From NCBI GenBank assembly GCA_050013655.1, contig JBEKEV010000001.1, positions 129,838 to 193,837 of the forward strand: a stretch of DNA of 64,000 nt, given 5' to 3'. Position 1 is the stretch's first letter; every line of letters begins with the position of its first letter. The position numbers and the translations under genes were made by a program. Under the pieces are notes generated by a model. The model was given only the letters and a program-made list of their open reading frames with translations. It did no database searches and had not been told where the DNA came from. The stretch comes from Bacteroidota bacterium. GTDB lineage: Bacteria; Bacteroidota; Ignavibacteria; UBA10030. Of this stretch, positions 29,402-38,242 are shown piece after piece.

Positions 29402-31075
29402 ATGAGTGACAATAAAATTATTTTTTCCATGATCGGCGTTGAAAAAGTCGTCAAACCGAACCGTCAAATTCTGAAGGATATTTATCTTTCTTTTTTCTAC
29501 GGTGCGAAGATTGGAGTTCTCGGATTGAACGGCGCAGGTAAGAGTACGCTTCTTCGTATAATTGCCGGTATCGACAAAGACTATCTCGGCCAAATCACAG
29601 CGCAAAAAGGGATTACCTTTGGATTTCTTTCGCAAGAACCGGAACTTGATCCGACAAGAACCGTCAAGGACATTGTTGAAGAAGGCGTGCAGGAAATCGT
29701 AAATTTGGTGAAGGAATACGAAGCGGTGAATCTTCAGCTTGCTGAGCCGGATGCTGACTACGATACATTGTTGGAAAAACAAAGTAAGCTCCAGGAAAAG
29801 ATCGATCACCTGAATGCATGGGATCTCGACAGTAAACTTGAGCAGGCAATGGAGGCGCTGCGTTGTCCGCCGCCGGAAACACTCATCAATGTACTCTCCG
29901 GCGGTGAACGCCGTCGTGTCGCACTCTGCCGTCTCTTGTTACAGGAACCCGATGTGTTGCTCCTTGATGAGCCGACCAACCATCTCGACGCCGAATCTGT
30001 TGCCTGGCTGGAGCATCATTTAGGACTCTACCAAGGTACCGTCATCGCGGTCACCCACGATAGATATTTTCTCGACAATGTTGCCGGGTGGATTCTCGAA
30101 CTCGACCGCGGCGAAGGAATTCCTTTCGAAGGCAATTACTCCTCATGGCTCGATCAAAAGAAACGTCGATTGGAAGTGGAAGAGAAACAGGAATCAAAAC
30201 GTCAGCGTGTGTTGCAACGAGAACTCGAGTGGGTGCGTCTCAACCTAAAAGGCCGACACGCCAAGAGCAAAGCACGTATTGCTGGATACGAAAAGATGCT
30301 TACCGAACAAGCCGATAAACGCGACGATGAGATGGAAATCTATATTCCACCCGGTCCACGGTTGGGGGATGTTGTCATCGAAGCAGTTGGAATATCAAAA
30401 GCGTATGGCGACAGGATTCTTTTCGAGAATATGAACTTCGCACTCCCTCCCGGCGGTATTATTGGTGTCATCGGTCCCAACGGCGCCGGTAAAACCACTC
30501 TCTTCAAACTCATTATTGAACAGGAGCAGCCGGATGAGGGAACAATCAAGCTTGGCGATACGGTGAAACTTGCCTACGTCGATCAAATGCGGCCTCTTGA
30601 CCCGAACAAAACAATCTGGCAGGAAATCTCCGGTGGAGAAGATCTTATTATGCTGGGCAACCGCGAAGTAAACTCGCGCGGGTATGTGGCACGATTCAAT
30701 TTCAGCGGAACCGATCAGCAAAAACCGGTCGGGAAACTCTCCGGCGGTGAACGGAACCGCGTTCATCTTGCAAAAGTCTTGAAGGACGGCGCCAACGTCC
30801 TGCTCCTTGATGAACCAACCAATGACCTTGACGTCAACACACTCCGAGCATTAGAAGAAGCGCTTACTGGTTTTGCAGGATGTGCCGTGATCGTCTCGCA
30901 TGATCGTTGGTTCCTCGATCGTGTAGCGACACATATTCTAGCATTTGAAGGTGACAGCAGTGTAGTGTGGTTCGATGGAAATTATTCGGAATACGAAGAA
31001 CATCGAAAAAAACAACTTGGTATCAGTGCCGACCAGCCGCACCGCATTAAGTATAAGAGGTTAACGAGACGTTAA
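29402..31075 (+). CDS. ettA: Energy-dependent translational throttle protein EttA (ABC-F family ATPase)
   Basis: It is near-collinear with E. coli EttA (IGVLGLNGAGKSTLLRI, LSGGERRRVALCRLLL, VTHDRYFLDNVAGWILELDRGEGIP, C-terminal RIKYKRL). It has two ABC domains and no TM helices. The start is set at MSDNKII, and the ORF-track extension from 29360 is rejected. Confidence 0.85.
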   Translation: MSDNKIIFSMIGVEKVVKPNRQILKDIYLSFFYGAKIGVLGLNGAGKSTLLRIIAGIDKDYLGQITAQKGITFGFLSQEPELDPTRTVKDIVEEGVQEIVNLVKEYEAVNLQLAEPDADYDTLLEKQSKLQEKIDHLNAWDLDSKLEQAMEALRCPPPETLINVLSGGERRRVALCRLLLQEPDVLLLDEPTNHLDAESVAWLEHHLGLYQGTVIAVTHDRYFLDNVAGWILELDRGEGIPFEGNYSSWLDQKKRRLEVEEKQESKRQRVLQRELEWVRLNLKGRHAKSKARIAGYEKMLTEQADKRDDEMEIYIPPGPRLGDVVIEAVGISKAYGDRILFENMNFALPPGGIIGVIGPNGAGKTTLFKLIIEQEQPDEGTIKLGDTVKLAYVDQMRPLDPNKTIWQEISGGEDLIMLGNREVNSRGYVARFNFSGTDQQKPVGKLSGGERNRVHLAKVLKDGANVLLLDEPTNDLDVNTLRALEEALTGFAGCAVIVSHDRWFLDRVATHILAFEGDSSVVWFDGNYSEYEEHRKKQLGISADQPHRIKYKRLTRR

Positions 31076-31221
31076 TCTTTCAAAATGAACAAATTTTTCG
31101 CTGATTGTAGATTCCGTAGAAAATATAATCAACTCCTCAATAATGACGGCACTAAGCCAATGAAGCATCTTGACTAATCCGCGGACAATGTAACTACGCG
31201 CATTCGTTCGATGCTGCCCCG

Positions 31222-31752
31222 TTATTGATCGTCATGAACGCTGTGGAGATATTCTTGGAATGTGTACTGAGTATAATATTTTCCGCGAATGTATTTCAGA
31301 TAACGAATAAATTTCTCCGGCTCCCTATATCCGCTAAATCGTGAGATGAGTTGAAATCGTTTATCAAATACCAATGTTGTCGGATAACCATTCACACCTA
31401 ACATTTTTGCCCATTCTTGTTCTGTGTACTGATTCGAGCCATTCGTTATCAAATTGGTCGATTCCGCATTCAGTTTGATGAGTACAAAACTCGCTGCAAG
31501 TAATTGTTGAACTTGCGGATGACCATACACCGCTCGATCCATTTTCTTACACCATCCGCACCAGTCGGTATAAACATCAACCAACACATACTTTCCTGAA
31601 ACCTGTGTCGCAGCAACGCCTTCATCCCATTGATGCCATCGAAGCGATGTAAGTTCTTCATTAGTCTGTGCAAATAAAACTACTAAAGGAAGAAAGAAAA
31701 ACACACTCAGAACGCATGACCATCGATAAGTAAAATAATTGTGGCGTACCAT
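31222..31752 (-). CDS. Thioredoxin-fold protein, periplasmic (WCGWC active site)
   Basis: 176 aa with an N-terminal hydrophobic signal or anchor and the motif YVLVDVYTDWCGWCKKMD. Confidence 0.6.
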   Translation of the reverse strand: MVRHNYFTYRWSCVLSVFFFLPLVVLFAQTNEELTSLRWHQWDEGVAATQVSGKYVLVDVYTDWCGWCKKMDRAVYGHPQVQQLLAASFVLIKLNAESTNLITNGSNQYTEQEWAKMLGVNGYPTTLVFDKRFQLISRFSGYREPEKFIRYLKYIRGKYYTQYTFQEYLHSVHDDQ

Positions 31753-31825
31753 AACATCTTTTTCTGTAAGATAGAACTCCTATTTCTGATTATCTCTTTG
31801 CCAAGATCGAAAGAAACTCACATTC

Positions 31826-33115
31826 TTACACACGTTCACGGAACGGCGTGTAATGAGTCAATGTTGGTCCGGTATATACCTGACGCGGACGATAAATACG
31901 GCTGTCCTTTGCGTCATGGATCTCCTTAAAATTTGCTATCCAGCCCGGCATACGCCCGATCGCGAACATAACGGTATACATACTCAGCGGAATTCCGATT
32001 GCCCGCATAATAATGCCGCTGTAAAAATCTACGTTGGGATAGAGTTTCCGTTCAATAAAATAAGGATCGCTCAGTGCAGTTTCTTCCAAACGTTTAGCAA
32101 TATCAAGCAGCGGATCTTTTCGCTTTAACACCGCCAACAACTCATCGCATTTCTTCTTAATGATACGCGCCCGCGGATCGTAATTCTTGTAGATACGATG
32201 TCCGAATCCCATCAGCCGTTTTCCCGACGCTTTATCTTTTGCCGCTTCGATGAATCGTGATCCGTTGTCTCCTGACCTATGGATATCTTCAAGCATTTCG
32301 AGAACAGCTTGATTCGCACCGCCGTGGAGCGGTCCCCAGAGCGCACACACACCGGCTGCTGCACTGGCAAATAAATTTGCCTGACTTGATGCCACCATAC
32401 GGACTGTCGAGGTAGAACAATTCTGTTCGTGATCTGCATGCAGCAGGAAAATAAGATCGAGCGCATTCACAACTTCGGGCTGCAATTCGTAATCCTCATA
32501 CGGTTCAGAGAACATCATATGGAGAAAGTTTGCGGTGTACTTGTATATTGGTTTGGGATAAATGATCGGAAGTCCAAGCGATTTTCGATAGGAGAAAGCC
32601 GCTATCGTTCGTACTTGAGAAAGAAGTCGCGCAGCTTGCGTCAGAAAAACTTCATCAGGGTTCAATACTTCGGGAAGGAAACAACCTGCAGCATTGATCA
32701 TAGACGAAAGGATTGCCATTGGATGAGCATGTGTTGGAAATCCCTCGAAATGAAATTTCATGTCTTCATGAAGCATCTCATTTTTCGTTAAAAGACTTGA
32801 AAAGTCCTTTATTTCCTGAGAATTCGGCAGCTTGCCATAGATAATAAGGTAAGCCGTCTCTACGAACGTCGATTTCTCTGCTAATTCTTCTATGGGTATG
32901 CCGCGATAACGTAGGATTCCTTTTTCACCATCGATGAAGGTAATGTTGCTGAGGCAAGAGCCGGTGTTTCCATATCCTTCATCCAGAGTAATATATCCTG
33001 ACTTGCTTCGAAGTGTCGAGATATCCAGCGAGTGTTCACCTTCTGAACCCACAATAATCGGAAATTCGTACACCTTGTTATCCAATTCAAGTTTTGCAAC
33101 TTTGTTCATATCCAT
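31826..33115 (-). CDS. gltA: Citrate synthase
   Basis: 429 aa with the [14 protein letters not shown] active-site region and overall collinearity with bacterial citrate synthases. Confidence 0.85.
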   Translation of the reverse strand: MDMNKVAKLELDNKVYEFPIIVGSEGEHSLDISTLRSKSGYITLDEGYGNTGSCLSNITFIDGEKGILRYRGIPIEELAEKSTFVETAYLIIYGKLPNSQEIKDFSSLLTKNEMLHEDMKFHFEGFPTHAHPMAILSSMINAAGCFLPEVLNPDEVFLTQAARLLSQVRTIAAFSYRKSLGLPIIYPKPIYKYTANFLHMMFSEPYEDYELQPEVVNALDLIFLLHADHEQNCSTSTVRMVASSQANLFASAAAGVCALWGPLHGGANQAVLEMLEDIHRSGDNGSRFIEAAKDKASGKRLMGFGHRIYKNYDPRARIIKKKCDELLAVLKRKDPLLDIAKRLEETALSDPYFIERKLYPNVDFYSGIIMRAIGIPLSMYTVMFAIGRMPGWIANFKEIHDAKDSRIYRPRQVYTGPTLTHYTPFRERV

Positions 33116-33205
33116 TCCTTATCTAAAAGATTGTCATTCTTTCCACTAAATAAAAATCTGTTTTCATCGAAAAAAATCTCAATTCTTCCAACGACCAACT
33201 TTTTT

Positions 33206-33604
33206 CTATTTCTCTAATTTCACTAAAATATCTTCCAGGAATTCTTTTACTTCGATCATCTCTTTTTTGATCTCTTCGTCCTGAATTTTTTTCTTCTGTG
33301 GAACGTTGATCAATTCGAGTTGTTCTCCGGTATCCGGTTCCGGGGTAAATTCTTTCATCACCTGCTTGGCGCCTTCGATGGTGTACTTCTCATCTCGCAG
33401 CAATTGCTTGATGTGCATAATGAGCTTAATGTCTTTGTTGGTGTAGATACGGTTACCGGCGCGGTTCTTTGCGGGCTTGAGTTCCGGAAATTCTGTCTCC
33501 CAGTAACGCAACACGTACTGCTCCAGTCCGGTGATCTTGCTGACTTCGCTGATGGAATAATAGAGTTTCTTGATGCTGGAATGTTTCATGGACACCTCAT
33601 TCAT
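33206..33604 (-). CDS. MerR family transcriptional regulator
   Basis: 132 aa with an N-terminal MerR helix-turn-helix (YYSISEVSKITGLEQYVLRYWETEF...NRAGNRIYTNKDIKLIMHIKQLL) and a C-terminal coiled coil. Confidence 0.75.
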   Translation of the reverse strand: MNEVSMKHSSIKKLYYSISEVSKITGLEQYVLRYWETEFPELKPAKNRAGNRIYTNKDIKLIMHIKQLLRDEKYTIEGAKQVMKEFTPEPDTGEQLELINVPQKKKIQDEEIKKEMIEVKEFLEDILVKLEK

Positions 33605-33646
33605 AGGTCAGTTACTCGAAGGAAAAGTAGTAGAGGCTGCGATGGC

Positions 33647-33693
33647 TTGCAATCAGGCAATATTGCAACTCTTGTGTCATAATGATATTGACA
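33647..33693. promoter_or_regulatory. Two inverted repeats upstream of the MerR gene (candidate operator)
   Basis: TTGCAAT-N8-ATTGCAA at 33647..33668 and TGTCA-N9-TGACA at 33676..33693, lying 45-90 nt upstream of the MerR start codon. Confidence 0.3.
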
Positions 33694-33720
33694 GAACCCT
33701 TGGAAATTTTTCATTCCAAT

Positions 33721-34605
33721 CTACGCAGGAAGCTCCGCGTGAACGTAGCGGTGGAAATTCTTAGGAAAATTCTTCCGCAGCTGCATGGCCATCGCGACAA
33801 GAATCTTCAGCGGCGAAGAGAGCCGAATGCGTTTAGCGAAAACATCGTAGTGAGCACGCTCGATACGAAGAAGAAGCAGATAATAGATGTTTCCCATCGT
33901 ACGTGCGGCGGTGAAAAGCGGCTTGTCCTCTTCGGCAAGACATGCTTTTGCGCGGCGAAAATATTCGTGAGCGCGTTCGCACTCGAATTTCATCAATTCG
34001 ACAAAGCGATTGTTATATGTCAAGTTCAACAACTCTTCTTCAGTATACTTGAAGTTCCTTAAATCTTCCAATGGCAAATAAATGCGTCCGCTCTTGGCAT
34101 CGGCTTTGATGTCGCGCAGAATGTTTGTCAGCTGCAATGCTATACCAAGGTTGATAGCGTACTGTTTCGTCTTCTCGTTTGTATACCCGAAGACTTCTGC
34201 ACAAATCAACCCGACCGTAGAAGCGGCGCGGTAACAATACTGCTCCAATTCAATGAACGTACCATACCGAGTGTTCCGTAAATCCATTTCCATTCCCTTG
34301 ATCAATTCATAAAAATGTTCGATGGGAATATGGAACCGATGAATGATGGCCGCGAGTCTGTTTAACAGAGAGTAACGCGAAACGCCATAGAGCGATCTCT
34401 TGAGTTCCTCTGTCCACTGCAGCAGCAGTGCATGCTTTTCCTTTTCGTCTCCCGCTTCATCGACAATATCATCGGTGAAGCGGCAAAAGGCATAAATGGT
34501 TTCGATGGCGTCGCGTTTCGGGCGCGGCAAAATGAGGAACGAGTAATAAAAACTGCTCTTTCGATTCTGCGAGAAATTCGGTATGACGGATGCCGCTGTT
34601 TGCAC
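33721..34605 (-). CDS. Squalene/phytoene synthase family protein (HpnD-like presqualene diphosphate synthase, or a phytoene synthase)
   Basis: 294 aa with both Asp-rich motifs (FCRFTDDIVDE and LQLTNILRDIKADAKSGRIYLPLEDL). It is the downstream member of a tandem pair. Confidence 0.6.
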   Translation of the reverse strand: MQTAASVIPNFSQNRKSSFYYSFLILPRPKRDAIETIYAFCRFTDDIVDEAGDEKEKHALLLQWTEELKRSLYGVSRYSLLNRLAAIIHRFHIPIEHFYELIKGMEMDLRNTRYGTFIELEQYCYRAASTVGLICAEVFGYTNEKTKQYAINLGIALQLTNILRDIKADAKSGRIYLPLEDLRNFKYTEEELLNLTYNNRFVELMKFECERAHEYFRRAKACLAEEDKPLFTAARTMGNIYYLLLLRIERAHYDVFAKRIRLSSPLKILVAMAMQLRKNFPKNFHRYVHAELPA

Positions 34606-34614
34606 AATTCTAAG

Positions 34615-35493
34615 TTACGATAAAAATGAACGAAAGAGAAGTCCCAGTTTGTCTAACATGGTAAGCGCAGGCCGTTGTATCAGCACATTATAATCCAGTT
34701 TGTGTATTTTCTGCAAAATTCGTGTGCCGCCATTCCACGTAAGCCTCAGCTCCCGCGACAGGTCTTTACCAATCATCGATAGTAACGGCTTTCCCTCTAC
34801 AAAAAGTTCCGCTGTCCGTTGAACCTGGAATGCCATCAATTTGCGGAACCGGTTGTCGAATTTCCTCTCCAACAAATCCTGTTCGGAATAGGCGAATTCT
34901 TCCAAATCCTCCAATGGAAGATAGATGCGGTCTTTTTGCAAATCCACAGATACGTCCTGCCAGAAATTTGTTAATTGGAGCGCCGTGCAGATATGATCAG
35001 AAAGCTCCATCATCGTTTCGCTCCGATAATTGAACAGGAGCAGCACCAATCTCCCGATTGGATTAGCGGAGTTGCTGCAGTATTCCAGCACTTCCTCGAA
35101 TGTTTCGTACCGTTTCACCGTAACGTCTGAACGGAAAGCTATAAGAAGATTTTGAAACAATTCGACAGGAATTTGAAAACGCTCCACTGTTTCGGCTAAG
35201 GCAGCAAAGACGCGATGCGTCGGATTACCGTTATAGCATTCATCAAGATACTGTCCCCACTGAAAGAGGTTATCCATCCGTTCGGCGAGAGTATAGCCCG
35301 GTTCATCGGCATAGTCATCGGCGATACGGGCAAAAGCATAAATTGCCCAAATGTACTTTCGAATTTCTTTTGGAACGAACCAAGAGGCGATAGGAAAATT
35401 TTCGTAATGACTTCGTGCAATCTGTTCACAATATCGGAACCCTTCTTCCGATGACCAGTGTTTTCTTTTGGTATGAAGTTTTGAATCGCGCAT
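34615..35493 (-). CDS. Squalene/phytoene synthase family protein (HpnC-like hydroxysqualene synthase)
   Basis: 292 aa with YAFARIADDYADE, and a second motif altered to LQLTNFWQDVSVDLQKDRIYLPLEDL (Q in place of the canonical RD). It is the upstream member of the pair. Confidence 0.6.
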   Translation of the reverse strand: MRDSKLHTKRKHWSSEEGFRYCEQIARSHYENFPIASWFVPKEIRKYIWAIYAFARIADDYADEPGYTLAERMDNLFQWGQYLDECYNGNPTHRVFAALAETVERFQIPVELFQNLLIAFRSDVTVKRYETFEEVLEYCSNSANPIGRLVLLLFNYRSETMMELSDHICTALQLTNFWQDVSVDLQKDRIYLPLEDLEEFAYSEQDLLERKFDNRFRKLMAFQVQRTAELFVEGKPLLSMIGKDLSRELRLTWNGGTRILQKIHKLDYNVLIQRPALTMLDKLGLLFRSFLS

Positions 35494-35564
35494 ACTTACG
35501 AGAATGATGGGAATACATTTCTATAGAACTAATATGAGAAACGGCGGCGGGAAAAGCAAGCGGT

Positions 35565-37517
35565 TTACAGAGTGGTTTCGTCCACCGGTACGATGTACAC
35601 TTCAATCGGCGTGTCGAGTCCTTTCACGAGAACAGGTTCGTGCGGAAAAGTAGGAATTTCGTCTTTGACTAAATCATAGGTACGGCGGGATATCATAATA
35701 CCTTCCACCGGTGCATTGGATTCAAGACGGTTCGCAAGGTTGACATCTGAACCAAGCACCGTGTACGCAAGCTTTTTTCTCGTTCCCATGTTCCCTACTA
35801 CCACTTCGCCCGTGTTGATACCAATACGGATCTTGAGCGGGAATAAATCCTCTTGTACCCACTTCTCTTTCAGCTCGCGGCATTTTTTCTGCATCTCGAT
35901 AGCTGCTTTTACGCAGCGTACCGCATGGTCGGCCTGCGGTTCGGGAGCGCCGAAGAATACCATCAGCCCATCGCCGATGTACTTATCGACCGTTCCTTCG
36001 TACTTGAAAACGATCTGAACCATGGCATCAAAATACTCAGCAAGGAAATTTTGGATTTGATCCGGCGACATTATGGAAGAATAAGTGGTAAAGCTCTTTA
36101 TGTCGGTAAACATGATCGTCAGCTCTTTTTTCTGAACCTCGAAGATCGATTCCGGATGTGCAAGCTGACGTTTCACCACCGATGGCGGCAAATAGGATTC
36201 AAATGATCTGCGTGTGGCTTCTTTTTCCCGTTCCTCGTTAATAAAGCGATAGACAAGCACGCCAAACACTGCTGTAACCATGATGAGAATAGGCCGCACA
36301 AGATTAATAATGAGATTGCCATAAAGGAAAATGCCAATGATGAAGACAATATATCCGACCAAGAGAACGAGAGCACCAATCCATAGTCCGCGAGAAGAAA
36401 ATTTTATAGCAAGCACACCAACAATGAGCAACAATAGTATTTCGAGACCTATTTTCTCAACTGTATTAGCTTCTTTAAGAAAATTCTCGGTCAGGATTGA
36501 GTTCATGACATTTGCATGTAATCCGCCAAGCGGATACCACGGATCCGTTGGCACCGATTGAACATCCGATGCTCCAGTCGCGTTTATGTTTACAACAACT
36601 ATCTTATCTTTGAACAACGGTTTCCAGTCATACTCCATCGCATCACGATCTTCTGAAACGTTATAGATCCGATCCATTTCGAAATCCACCATACGCCTCC
36701 ATGGACCGACAAAGTTCACTACGATATTACACCGTTCATCGACAGGAATGACGATATCGTGAGGCTGCTGCCCTAGCCGGTATGCTCCTTTCAACGTTAT
36801 ACTTGTTCCCGGACGAAGGATTATTTGTTCCGGTTTGACATGCATGTAGTCACAAATCGCTCTGAATGGAAAACTCGGATAGAATGCATCGTCGTACCGG
36901 ATCAAGAGAGGAACGCGCCGGAACACACCGTCACGATCTGCATTCATATTGATAAAGCCCAAACCTCGACATACCGAAGCCAATTCTGGAAATGTGAGGA
37001 TCGGATTCCCACCAACATACATCGTGCTAATATCCCCGTCTACCTGTACTTTCCATTTGGTTCTCGAAAGATATTCCCAGTGTGACGCAGGTCGAGGTTG
37101 CTTTTTTAAAAGTGGTTTGTCTCTGGGGTCAAGGGACATTCCATAATAGACGTTTCCCGCCGATTTGTTACAGGCGATGAAGAAGGAGTCTTCCTCTGCA
37201 CTCTGTGCTGCACGCTGTATATAGTCCCAGATTTGAGCGGCTGCCTGCATTTCACCAATGTTATGTGCAATCTGTCCATATTGCCGTCGTGAAATATATG
37301 TACCACCCGATAACACTTGAACACTGCTATCCGTTTCAACGACGTGAATAATAGTGCTATCGTACGGAACTCGGGAAGGAAAATATTGGTACCGAAGGAC
37401 AAAAATCTGATCGAATGCCTGAGCGTTCCATGTTTCAAAGACATTCGGTAAAAGCCAAAAGAGGAGATGTCCAAACAAGAGAGAGGACACGATGATGATC
37501 ACCGTGTCCCTCAACGT
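35565..37517 (-). CDS. CHASE2 sensor domain adenylate/guanylate cyclase (class III)
   Basis: It has an N-terminal TM helix, a periplasmic CHASE2-like region, three TM helices (IGLEILLLLIVGVLAIKF..., LWIGALVLLVGYIVFIIGIFLY..., ILIMVTAVFGVLVYRF) and a cytoplasmic cyclase domain (LTIMFTDIKSFTTYS...KYIGDGLMVFFGAPE). The track ORF begins at a TTG at 37595, which would overlap the upstream gene by 71 nt. The start here is an in-frame TTG at 37515..37517 (MRDTVIII...), and the true start is uncertain. Confidence 0.7.
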   Translation of the reverse strand, partial: TLRDTVIIIVSSLLFGHLLFWLLPNVFETWNAQAFDQIFVLRYQYFPSRVPYDSTIIHVVETDSSVQVLSGGTYISRRQYGQIAHNIGEMQAAAQIWDYIQRAAQSAEEDSFFIACNKSAGNVYYGMSLDPRDKPLLKKQPRPASHWEYLSRTKWKVQVDGDISTMYVGGNPILTFPELASVCRGLGFINMNADRDGVFRRVPLLIRYDDAFYPSFPFRAICDYMHVKPEQIILRPGTSITLKGAYRLGQQPHDIVIPVDERCNIVVNFVGPWRRMVDFEMDRIYNVSEDRDAMEYDWKPLFKDKIVVVNINATGASDVQSVPTDPWYPLGGLHANVMNSILTENFLKEANTVEKIGLEILLLLIVGVLAIKFSSRGLWIGALVLLVGYIVFIIGIFLYGNLIINLVRPILIMVTAVFGVLVYRFINEEREKEATRRSFESYLPPSVVKRQLAHPESIFEVQKKELTIMFTDIKSFTTYSSIMSPDQIQNFLAEYFDAMVQIVFKYEGTVDKYIGDGLMVFFGAPEPQADHAVRCVKAAIEMQKKCRELKEKWVQEDLFPLKIRIGINTGEVVVGNMGTRKKLAYTVLGSDVNLANRLESNAPVEGIMISRRTYDLVKDEIPTFPHEPVLVKGLDTPIEVYIVPVDETTL

Positions 37518-37524
37518 TCGTTTC

Positions 37525-38226
37525 TTACTGATGGTCAATGGTAATAGTCTTGCTGTAGAAATTCTTTGCTGAAATTTGTATGGCAATATCAGCAACGTCT
37601 GGACGGCGCACTACTTTTACCGTATCTGTGCTTCGGATATTCCCTCCGATCGACAGCGGTTTCTCTGCAATCGTTGCAAAAGTGGAATACCGTTTTCGAA
37701 GTCCACGGATTTCCGAAACGACTTCGTCAGCGAGCGGTTTCCTGTTCGAAGGATCAGCAGAAAAGTAATTTCCTAATTTTACCTCAAGATCAAGAAGTCG
37801 TTCGGTAGAGCCTACGAGGAAAAAGATTTCTTTTCCTGTGTTTTTATCCAGCATCATCCAATTACGACCTTTGGGGATGTAGTACGGTTTCGCCACGATA
37901 TAATCGGTCTGTAATTGACGGATTGAATAAGGAAACAGCAGGGTCAAATCTCCCTGTGAATCAAGGTAGACGGCATAGACGTAACACTCTTTCGTCATTT
38001 TCACCATCATCTTAATTTCATCTCCGCTTTTTAAAACCGTATCACGAGTGATAGGAACGGGGACAGGTGTTTTCCCATTGTATCCCAAGACGCCAAAAGC
38101 CCAATCAAATTCGATGTTTGCATCATTTTGCTGAATCGTTGGCGTAGAGGCAATTAGTTGTCCGCCGAATCGAAATCCGACCACTAAAAAACTTAGAACG
38201 ACCGCAAGAAGAATACTATCGCGCAT
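37525..38226 (-). CDS. Secreted DUF4384-like protein
   Basis: 233 aa with a signal peptide (ILLAVVLSFLVVGF). The body (CYVYAVYLDSQGDLTLLFPY) matches the DUF4384 pattern, which is often linked to caspase-domain proteins (from memory). Confidence 0.5.
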   Translation of the reverse strand: MRDSILLAVVLSFLVVGFRFGGQLIASTPTIQQNDANIEFDWAFGVLGYNGKTPVPVPITRDTVLKSGDEIKMMVKMTKECYVYAVYLDSQGDLTLLFPYSIRQLQTDYIVAKPYYIPKGRNWMMLDKNTGKEIFFLVGSTERLLDLEVKLGNYFSADPSNRKPLADEVVSEIRGLRKRYSTFATIAEKPLSIGGNIRSTDTVKVVRRPDVADIAIQISAKNFYSKTITIDHQ

Positions 38227-38242
38227 AATTGGAATCCTTTCT

